This document shows, piece by piece, positions 13,401-24,100 of a stretch of 64,000 bases of DNA. The notes below the pieces were generated by a model. The model worked only from the letters and a program-made list of their open reading frames with translations. It made no database searches and had not been told where the DNA came from. A program made the translations under genes and the position numbers. The stretch lies in contig LWCA01000017.1 in the NCBI GenBank assembly GCA_001642005.1, positions 1 to 64,000 on the forward strand, read 5' to 3'. The DNA is from Intoshia linei (taxonomy: Eukaryota; Animalia; Orthonectida). Position 1 is the stretch's first letter; each line of letters begins with the position of its first letter.

Positions 13401-16400
13401 ACCCCTGATATACACCATAAATGTATTACCTGTAAATAGTTTATCCATAAGCAAAATATAGACAACACCTAAATTTTTTATTAAAAAGTTTAAATCATAT
13501 ACAAATAAAATGTATAAATAATTATGGCGTGCATTTATCGCGTCAATATTTTTCTTATTGATTTGTCAGTAGAAACATTGATTTTTCAGTATTGTAGATG
13601 GTTTGTCAGTATTTTAGGTGCCAATTGACAAGGTGTCAGTATTTAAATTGGAAGGGCAGTAAAAAAAATTATTTTGTCAGTACTCTACATATACTGTATG
13701 TATTTAAATTGAATGTTCTGTATAAAATTAAACTGACAAAAAATTTTATTTCATAAAAAAATATTCTCTGGTGTGAACACCATAGAATATTTCTAATTTT
13801 TTTGTAATATGGTTTGTAGGTATAATATGGTATCTTAATATTTCAGTTTTAACTTGGGTCTGTAGTGGATTATATATTATTTCAAAAACTAGATTTTTAA
13901 TGTTTATACTGACACTTCAAAATCATCAAACTTACAATTTTCGATGAATACTGATCTAGTTAATATATTTACTGACAAAAATGCAATTATGTACTGACAA
14001 ATATGTACTTGAATACTGACAAAATACTTTTTATTACTAATATTTTAGTGTGTATACTGACAATTTTATGTTGAAAATACAGAAAATTTTTTATTAACGA
14101 ATGTCAGTATTTACATAAAATACTGACATTTTATTTACTCCCCAATAATTATCATATTAATGAAATTATTAAATTACAACTTCATCAGGGGACCAAACCA
14201 CAGGTGCGCAAATCGCGCAGCGCAATTATTTGGTATCAAAAATGTATGTCTAATTTGAAATAATTTATACCTACAAAACAAAAAATAATCATGTATATAT
14301 TAAAATTTCCCATTGGAAACCCGTTACATTGATGAAACTTATTATGGTAATTAATGAATAGATTAATTCAGAAGAGATAAATAGTTCATTCCTTTCATTT
14401 TCATAAATTTTTAAGTTTAAAAAACCCAGCAAACCTTTTTTTGCTTCAAATTAAGAAGAAATGTAATGTGTAAATAAATTTGTTATTAGAAGTATTTATT
14501 ACAGTTTAGACAAGTGTTTCAAAATCTTTTTTGTGCTAGGCTTTGAAATTGAGTCTTGGGATAAAAAACAAAATTATATTTTTTTAATAAATAATAAAAT
14601 GAGTCCTAGAATTTTAAAGAATATAAATTCTGGGACGCGTTTAACATGATTACTATTGTCGTAAATCTCAACATCAGAAACTTACATCTAGTGATTGTGC
14701 CAGGTAAAAAACCGGGACTAAATTCCCCGGTTTTCTCGAAAAAAATTGAGACATACCTGTATTTGATTTATGTTTGTTATTACTATGAAAATATGATTAT
14801 ATTATAATATTTAAAATTTACTATTTCAAAAATCCCATAACTAATAAAATTTAATCAAAAATACCATTTCAAGCCCTCATGGAAAAATTGACTTACACCG
14901 ATATTCTTTTCAAAACTCCAATTTTACGAAATCTTATTAAAAAAATCCACTTCATCAAAACACAAATAAAAAATTTAATCCTTTTTCCAATACTTTTTTT
15001 AAAAATATCTTATTTCAACCACAAATTTCTAACGCTTAAAGGAATTATCTTCTTTTTCCAATATTATTTTAAAAAATATTATAAGTTGTTACGAACTGGA
15101 ACGCTATCATCAAGATTGTTAAAATAAGGAAGCCCTTATGACAGTTCAACCTACGTCAACACAAAATAAAAGAAATTTCTCTACTTCTTCTAATTTCGTT
15201 ATAAAACGAATCTATCAATATTATGTGTGTTTTGAAACACTTTTTCAAAATAAATAAATGTTTTTTTAATTAAATTTGTAAATTTCCATCTAGATTCGTG
15301 TTATTTCATTAATTAAATTTTTAATGCTTCTATATAATACATGAATAAAAATTTTTAATTTCCCCGGTTCTCGACTTTTGTCATTTCCCGGGAAATCACA
15401 ATCACTACTTACATCTTCATGGTTAAACCACCAAATTACCCGTTTCTTGAAAAATAAAAAAAATTACCGCATTTTATAAAACATAAATTCTGATATTTTG
15501 TAAATCATAACCTCAAGTTTAAATTCAAATAAAATTAATCTAGTTGTCATAATTCAAATAAATTCGCGAAATTTACTAGACCCTAACAAAAATTTCCAAA
15601 TTTGTAAAAAGAAAACAAAGATATAAACTAAATTTTAGTACAAGAAAATCCATTAGGACAAAATAAGATGTATCATCTATAGAGAAGTTGCTTTTTCTAG
15701 CCTCTAAATCTGACTTATTTAAAAGATATTTAAACTTTTTGGAATTAAAATATACTGGAAAGAATAAATAATAGCTTAGTTTAATTTAGTGAAAATTGTT
15801 GATAATATACTAAATAAGGTTTTCTGTGCCTTTTTAAACTTTGCATCATTTTACATATAGTAAACATTTTCCAATGTATATAACCTCATTAGCCCGCTTA
15901 TACCCTTCCTTATTAAAAAAATATTTTGTCAAACGGAAAGTCAACCCATAAGGCCGTGGTCGGGCACTAATTCAATTTATCTACAATTATTATTTCTTTT
16001 GAGTCATAGCGAAAAAAGTTCGGCAGTCCTGCTCCACTTGGAATTCCTTACAAAACATTTTTATGATAGATCAGTGTTTCCCAACATTTTTTATGCTAGG
16101 CCCGACAAAAAAATATCCGAGCGAATTATAATAAAATAATAATAAAAACAATAATAATGTATTTATTTTTTAGAATTAAGGAGACAATTGAGCCTGACGA
16201 TTCTGACAAAGTTTATAAATATTAGGTACTAATGTTGTAAGCTTTAATCGTAGATCTCCCCTTTTTGAAATTTGTAGTCTATTTATTTTTTTTGTCAGTA
16301 AGTCTAAAACTGCACTAAACCCACATTCTGCTAAATAAGACGATGGAAATGGCAACAAAGCAATCCTAGCAAAAGTAGGATAATTTTGCAAATTTGGCAT

Positions 16401-17026
16401 ATACTCATCAATTTAGTTAAATTTGAATTCAATAGTCCATGATCATTAAAGATATATTTGTTTTTTGTCATTCTAATAATTTAGTAATACAATTAATTGG
16501 TTCAAGTATCACATAACCACTTATAAACTTAAGAATATTGTATAAAATTAACAATAAATTAGTCTAAAGTTTTTATAATCCTATAAATCTGTAATATTTC
16601 CCAGGCCCCACGGTTGGGAAACACTATTATAGATACTATATAATTATTCAATGTGGTTTGCTATTTTGGAACTCTTATAAATTACATTGTTTATCAACCT
16701 ACCACTTAATCATCTAACGAAAAATAATGTTACTCAAAACTTAGAGGTGGTTTGCAAGTAGCAGGGGTGTCATATTTTGAGGACCATACGAACCAGCATT
16801 TTCAAAATTGACAAAAAAGATTGGTGCATAAAGTTACAAAAGTATTAATGAATACTTTCGGTTCATACTAGGTCAATAAAAGTGAAATGATAAAATTACC
16901 ATTAGAAAACTCTTCAATTTTGGCGTAATCAGAATACAAATTATCGTTAACCCATTTAATAATTTCATTTCTAGAGGTATTTCCAAAATTTTTTGTGTAA
17001 TGATTGACAATCTTTATATCGTCCAT
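10489..17026 (-). CDS. MAPRE1: EB1/MAPRE microtubule end-binding protein, 7 exons
   Basis: CH domain ([17 protein letters not shown]|[11 protein letters not shown]|..[23 protein letters not shown]|[25 protein letters not shown]), EBH domain ([19 protein letters not shown]) and acidic-aromatic tail ELDEF*. Exons 16900-17026, 13430-13468, 11339-11445, 10987-11299, ~10857-10948, ~10639-10819, 10489-10602. The paralog number is nominal. Confidence 0.93.
11640..12211 (-). mobile_element. Non-autonomous Helitron (second subfamily) in an EB1 intron
   Basis: Reverse-complement 5' end a|TCcttacttatatgaagtaatttagtt at ~12210; the body shares family motifs. Confidence 0.6.
13109..13407. mobile_element. 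hAT/Buster MITE, same family as 52644-52928
   Basis: Right TIR gttgccgacccctg; TSD ataTActc / ataTAcac; the internal sequence aligns with 52644-52928. Confidence 0.8.
13525..14144. mobile_element. Putative MITE with inverted arrays of the TACTGAC motif
   Basis: gtcagt is repeated in the left half and actgac in the right half, with degenerate inverted ends. A related fragment lies at ~58040-58290. Confidence 0.45.
14689..15407. mobile_element. hAT non-autonomous element inserted into a Helitron copy
   Basis: TIR tagtgattgtg / cacaatcacta; perfect 8-bp TSD cttacatc at 14681-14688 and 15408-15415; the flanks rejoin into Helitron sequence. Confidence 0.85.
16072..16626 (-). mobile_element. Internally deleted hAT Buster element retaining the transposase C-terminal dimerisation region
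   Basis: TIR cagtgtttcccaac / gttgggaaacacta; TSD tgaTAgat / ttaTAgat. ORF 16176-16400 ([30 protein letters not shown]) is a typical Buster/ZBED5-like C-terminus. Confidence 0.9.
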
Positions 17027-17270
17027 TTCAGTTTCTACAATTTATGAATTAATCCTTGTTGAATAAATATCCAAATTTAATGCGAAAACAAATATTTACA
17101 AAATTAACTCAGTGTCATAGGGTTAAAGTTTGAAAACCTTACTCTGTCTTACAAATTTGTGAAATAACAAAAAAGTTGTACAAACGCTTTATCAATTTGA
17201 ATTTTATCACTTGGCATCAAAATCGATAAAGATATATTTATATATACAATTTATTTCTACTAACACAATT

Positions 17271-19034
17271 TTAACTTTTTGGAACGTTGCAAACATTTGT
17301 AGTTTGTTCGACTGAATCTACATTTGTATTCTCCGCATTTTCATATTTTGCGGAATCACTTTTATCAGTCTCTATAAAATTGTGCCATTTTTCAATTCTA
17401 GATTTTTCAGATTCTTCCGTTTCATTAATATTGTGATTTGTCTTGCCGTCCCTTTTGTTGTTATTAATATTTAGAATATAAAATACCATGTTGAAGATGA
17501 AAGTTGACGTCCCATGTATAAACAATTATCTATTGCGATGGCGCATTTAACCCCTTCAACAGGGGAAGACATGTACAAAACAACGACGCCATTCTGATTA
17601 TTCTAAAAAAAAGTTAAAATTTTTTAATTAATAAATGTAACCTCACAAATTATAATTTTATTGATAGTTCCATAATCTTTGCAGTAATTTGAAAAAAATG
17701 TTTTAATTTTATTTTTCAAATCCGGATCCATCTAAATTCAATATTTTAGAAAAGGGGGCAAGGTATGAAAAATGCCAAGATTCCAATGATGGAGCGAATT
17801 TATATTTTTCGAATATCAATATTAAAAAATTAAAAAAAAGTGTAAAAAATTACAGTGAGTTCATCCGGTGTAAAGACATTTTCAATTACGACTCGTTTTT
17901 GATATTGATGAATAAGTGGTTCAGAAATTGTGTCTGATTCGTTAATTTTCCATTCCACCAATCTAAAAAGTTTACAAAAAAACAAAATATTAAACTGTTT
18001 GTATCGTTTCGTAGATTTTAATTTTTCCTTGTTAGTTAAACCACGCCGACGTTTTTTCGGGTCATATTTACCTAAACGTAAATTAAAGTGTACTAAGAAT
18101 ATATAACCTTTCTGTTCAAATTTAGCTTCTTCACAACTAACAATATTTCCTCGAATATTCATTCCATCTAGTAAAGTAGTAGATAAATCCACAGATTCAA
18201 CTTTGGCATATGTGCAAATGGCGTCTCCTTTGAATTTATCGTCACATGTCTTGTACAATTTTATTTTATCGGAATTTTCTCGTTCATCGAAAAAAATTAC
18301 ACCATATTTGCACATTATTTCTTTGAATTCATCTCGAGTCAAATCTAGAGGTAAATTTGAAACGTAGACGCTGTAATTGACGTCAATCTCCTTCCAAACT
18401 ATATTTTTTAGAAATAAATAAATAACACATTTTGTATATTTGTACCATTTTTTAATTTTTTCTTGTCTAAATAATATAAATTAACAACTTTCAGTCTATT
18501 AAACCTTTAATTTCTTTTTTACTAGGTTTTGAAATAATTGGATCATTGCATGGTTTTTCCACTTTTTCTTCTTTTACCTCTTTTTTGGTATTCACATTAA
18601 CACAATACTGTTTAAAATCATCGGAATTAAAATATTCGGTTAATTGATCATTTGTCATCTCAACATTGTAATTATTTTTAAAGTAATCTCGATATTGGTC
18701 ATAGAGTTTGGGGTCAATTTTGTTTACAGTTGGTTCAGGAACATGACAATAACTATCTTGGTATTGTTGCAATGAAGCTTCATTAATCTGTTAAATATAC
18801 AGTTCTAAGCAATTAATAAAAAATTTAACCTTTGGAAACCAAGCTTTCATTTCAGAATCAAATTCAAATATCGTACCTTCATCGTCAATTCTAGTGTTAT
18901 CGTCTTGTTGTTTTAATACTGGAAAATTAATTTTTTTCGCTTCGACTTCGTCAATATAACCATCTAAATGTTTCTCAATAATTTCTTTTTATAATCCTGT
19001 TGCCTTCGATGATTTCTTGTTCCGTTTCTTCCAT
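17271..19034 (-). CDS. HTATSF1: HIV Tat-specific factor 1 / Cus2 homolog (U2 snRNP factor; RRM + UHM)
   Basis: FEFDSEMKAWFPK, SVYVSNLPLDLTRDEF..MCKYGVI, IKLYK..FKGDAICTYAKVESVDLS..LDG, EAKFEQKGKYDPKKRR, UHM (KRVVIENVF..KDYGTINKIII..GVVVL) and WDGKT..ETEESEKSRIEKWHNFI. The first intron is GC-AG (18964-19003). Confidence 0.92.
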
Positions 19035-19862
19035 TTCTTTTCTTAATTTTAAATTGTTAAATTGTAATAAAATACAAAATTTGTAATTCTAATAATTGGA
19101 TGGTAACTTCAATTTTTATATTAACAATAAAGTTACCCAATTTTATTCAATTTGAATACATATCTTTAAAGTTTAGTTTATTAGTTTTTCCATATTTTTA
19201 AGTCTTTTCAAATGAGGTTTCGTTTACAATTGAATTTGTAAACATTTTATTAAAATTAACTAATTTAATCCTTTTTTCGTTGGATTAATTAGGCGATTTG
19301 TTATACATTTTTTGTTTTATTTTTTCTGCTTTGATAATTTTTTTATTATCGATTCTGTTAGATTTTCGTATGGTTTTGTAACTATGAGTCTAATTTTACA
19401 TATAAATTTTCTTTTGGCTCTTATAAAAATTTATAATAATAAACCCTTATAAATCCCAAATGCCGATTAAAAAAAGATTTCCTGATAACTACGTATTTTT
19501 CTCAACTATAATATATTGTACAAAATATTTATTTGTTAATTTTGGGGGATTTTTATGATGGAATCACTTAATAAAATTAAAAATAATTAATGTTCAATAT
19601 TATATCATTTATTTGTAAGAACCTTGGAGAGATGACTAGCGTTATATGACATTACGCATGTTTTTCAAAAAAACTTTTTTGTGGACTCATTTTTAATTTT
19701 CAAATAGTGTCGAACTTGGTAGCTTCGGTTCTGCACATACATAAAAGAATTTAAACTCAAATCACTAAATTATCACATAGTCTTTAACTTTTTTTAACAT
19801 ATCTCTCTAGTCCATTATCTCTCCTTTTGAGGTCACATAGACATAAATCATTTACTTACATA

Positions 19863-20500
19863 TCCTAACTTATATAATATGCTACACGATTTTTGTGTGT
19901 GTGTTCCATTTTATTGAAATAACTACCAGTCTTAGAATTTTATAAAAACCACATTTCAATTGCAATATTTTCCAGGACGTATAATAAGATAAATTTTAAC
20001 CTCCCAACCTCACCTTTTACGGGTCAAAAACCCCAATTGTCACTCTCTTTGAAAATCAAACGAGTTGAAGAATTTAAAAAAATATATACTCTGATACAGA
20101 TTTTAAAATCATAAACATTATCATAAATTTAAATTTAAAAAAATTATATTTTCAAAGCCAAAACCACAAATTCCTTTTCTTTTTTTAGTGAAAACAGCCC
20201 TAGAATTTAAAAAAATTTACAGGTAGTACAGTTGTATTTTGTTAACACACATAAAAAATTTCAATCCGAATATTACAACAGTTACAGAGTGATAACTTCA
20301 CTTGATATATTATCAACCAATATTTTTCAAATATTTTGATGAAAATAAAAATTGAAAATGTAAATATTGATCCTACAATTTCTAGTCTATACATTTCCAA
20401 TAAAGAAATATGGGTGAAAATCTATATAATTCATTCCTTCAGAATGTTTTTCATTGCTACGCAATTTTTAAATTTCAAATTTTCATTTTGAATAAAATTT
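19863..20500 (+). mobile_element. Non-autonomous Helitron, 5' end and body
   Basis: Starts a|TCctaacttatataatatgctacac; the body is collinear with the other copies. Confidence 0.75.
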
Positions 20501-20657
20501 AAATAAAAACTTTGTTATTATCATTTGTATATATACATTATTAATATTAAATTATACATGGTGCGCGCCAAAATTTAAAAGTTATAGAATTACTGGCGTA
20601 GATTAAAAATTCTTTGTTTGTGTAGTATTTTTAAAATTTAACGCAATATTAATTTAA

Positions 20658-20864
20658 ATGGAAACTGTTTATATTCTTTGCATTGTTGGTTTTAGCATTC
20701 TTTTAATTGTAATATTATGTTGTGTTTGCATATGTATACCAATACGTTATCTACTTCATCACCCAGAAATCATCGTAGGAGCTATTCGGATGGTGAAATT
20801 TAATATTTATAATTTTTATTTTTTATAGAATACTGGTGAAGATGGTGGAGATTATGAAGTGTAA
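20658..20864 (+). CDS. 56-aa single-pass membrane microprotein, 2 exons
   Basis: Exon 20658-20792, a 36-nt GT-AG intron and exon 20829-20864 give METVYILCIVGFSILLIVILCCVCICIPIRYLLHHPEIIVGAIRMNTGEDGGDYEV*. The exons are GC-richer than the flanks and the intron has the typical local size. Confidence 0.6.
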
Positions 20865-21152
20865 ATTGTTAAATTTCAATTAAAATTATAAAAAACTAGT
20901 ATTATCACAAAAATTATACCCATTTTTAACTTTTTGATAATTTAACCGTTAAATCATATACTCATCACAATTTTCAATATGAGTAAAAAATTGTAAACTA
21001 ATAGTATAGTTTATGAAATTCCCACACGGAAATTTATCATATTAATTAAAATATAAATACAGAACAATGAACAGAAAAGTTGAAACTAAAAAGTGAATTT
21101 TTATTTTAAAAATGTTCATCAAAAATAAAAATGTAGATTGGGTTTACTCATC

Positions 21153-24100
21153 TCATTTTTCATTATGTTGATCTTCTGGTATCGTGTCACTATGTTGAGT
21201 CGCATCTTGAAAATGCTGGTCTGCATTTATATTTGATTGTCTATCATTGATATCAAATACTTCTACTTCATTATTAGAATTATCAATGAAATCTGCACGT
21301 TCGAATGAAGATGAGTTATTCTCGCTCTTTGCATTAAATTCCTTAGCTATTTTCACAGACATTTTTCTTATATTTTCGTGGTATTTATTACTATTAGGTT
21401 GATCCGTAAAAATTAAATTTGATGGTTTACGTATCAATGTGGTTGGAACTTGCGAATTTTCATCATAACTAATGTCATCAAAACTGGTTTCAACATTTAA
21501 TTCTTGATCAGAGATTGGTGACAAAGGAATAGATGAGCTATGCGTAATTTCTTCACTTTCAACGTTAATTTCGTATTGTTCTTCATAACCAACTTCATGT
21601 TGAGAATGACGTTCTTCGGGATATTCGTAATCTTGTTCATTTGGCTCATCTTGATTATCATTATGACTATCATCATATTCGTTTTGGTAATCATTTTCAT
21701 TGGTATTTTCTTCTAGATACTTTTCAAGTTGATCATTTTCTTTATCTGGCATATTTAGCATATCTATCAATTCTGGATCATCAACTAATTCAACCTCATC
21801 AGTCACATTTCCAGATAAAATGTGACAATCTGAGGCAATTTCTAGAGGAGATTGTGGTGGTACTTCATCTTCCATTAACTCGACTTCATTTTCCTGGACT
21901 AAATTGGAATGTACGATAATATAATACTAATAAAAAATTAATTTACTGATTAACTTTTCATCATATTCTGAAGCGGAAACGACTCGTTTCGGTTTGCTAA
22001 AATTTTGAATTAGAATTAATTTGAATTAGGAAACCAAAAAAAAAATTTAAAATAACCCTGACAGGAATAGTCTATTAAGTCTTAGTCTAAGATTATTTCT
22101 TAATTACCTGAAAACGGTTCCAAAGGAAGTATCATATATGGTATCGTAATTGATTATTAATTGCTCAATAATAATCTGCAAAATTCCAAATTCAGAGGTG
22201 TCTGTGGTAGGAGAAATGGTAAATGGTATAATCAGAGATAAATTAGCAGCGTCCATTTTATTCTTATGGGAATTTTGATGAATACTAAAATTTTATTAAT
22301 TTCTAGATTGTACTTGCTAGTGCAAATTTGAAAGTAGTGATTACAAGTTAAGACATCCAAAGAAATATCTTTGTGTTACGTATTCGGCATTTCTCAATTT
22401 AGCCAAGGCTTCAATAAGTTGTTCTTTCAAAATGTGTTGAATTTTGGCAGAATTTTTGACATTATCTACAAATTTAGTATTTAAAAAAAATTACAATGTA
22501 TAATTTAAATAATTTACTAATATTGTTATTTAAAATTGTGATTTGAGAAATAAAATTTTGAGGTAGCAATGTAGTGTGCAAAGATTTAATAAATTTCTTT
22601 AATGCGCTAGTGACATTGTGAATATTTTTACTAATTAAAAATACATCAACATTTTTCTCTACAAAATTTAAAATTACTTGAGTAGAAATTACAAAATATT
22701 ACTTGCCACTATTGACTTGATAAACGCATTGGTTTCATAAATTGATCCAGAGTGACGAAATATACCCACAGCATTGGTATCTTAATAAAACAAAATATAT
22801 TTAACTTGCATTTTATAAAATTACTTTTAGCAATAAAATCACAACAAATTATAACAAATTGCGGTATATCCACTTTAAAAATCTAAAAAAAAATTTTATT
22901 TTTTTTTATTATATTTTACTGTATTATATATATCCAAATCGCATTTATATGGACTTTCGAGCAAACGGTCACATACTAGAATCTCTTTATTATGGTTCTG
23001 ATCGTGAAACGATTTCATGTTTTCTTCTATATTTTTTATTACATACGATCTAAAATAATACTAATATAATGTTTCAAATTATTAATTTTTTTGGTTTGTC
23101 CTTAAAAAATTTAAATCTCCCAGGTTGGGAAACGCGGCTTTACTAGATTAATATTCAATTTTATCTTACTTTTTAATAATCTCGTTCCCTAAAACCTAAA
23201 CCTAAAACCCTAGATGTGTGAAAAATTGCCAATTGCCAATTGCAAACAAAATTATTAAAAATACGCATATTCTTTGTGGTTAGCAACTATCAATTGACTA
23301 AAAATATATTCCTTAATACAACTTTTCTTAAAGTTAATACGCATTAATATGTAATCGTTGATTATTTTGGATGTCTAATTTATATATTAAAATCTATATT
23401 TTGTTGAATAATTTTTATAAATTAAGAACCTCGTCTCCAATGCCCCATTCGAAATTGCATACAGATAGAATAAGTGATGTACTATATGTTCCCTTATTGC
23501 TGGACTGGCTTTGTGAAGTTGCATTTCGATAGTCATATTCATAAATTAATTTGTTTTGTTCGGATATTGCATCAAGAGCGGCGTCGATTTTTATTTTGAG
23601 CTATTTCAATGGAATTGTATTATAATGGCATGCAATTAATGCATATCATAAATTATATATAACTATTTGTATGTATGTCTGTTTGTCTATTTGCCTGTCT
23701 GTGTTAATTTTACAGTATATTCCAGTGGTTCTCAACTCATTTTTTCTCATTCTACCCATGACCCTTTATATTTTTTCACGCACTCTATTTATTATTACCC
23801 CACAATAAAAGTACACTTTTTTATCAATTTTACCTCTTTTAAATCTGATTCTATAATTTGAACTTCATCTTTGTAATGAACTGCTTCTTTGATGTTATTT
23901 TCATAGATCCCTTCATGAGTATCATAAAATATCATCTAAAATAATATAGTATTATTTGAAGCAACTAAAATATAAGCACTACAAATTAGTCATATGTAAA
24001 TGTCATAAACAAAGGTGTACCAGCAAAATTATTTATTTTATTTTTATAAAGTACACTATTGCAGAGATCCCAGATGTTTGAATTTTACTCAAAGTCTAGA

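Noticed and set aside
14879-15127. ORF-track entries inside repeats (also 24015, 24837, 29800, 38837, 46280, 46463, 51404, 58461)
   Set aside because: Lys/Phe/Ile/Asn-rich translations of AT-rich MITE or Helitron subrepeats, with no domain signal.
23187-23213. Telomere-like run ccctaaaacctaaacctaaaaccctag
   Set aside because: Only about four irregular units inside an intron; too short to distinguish from simple slippage.
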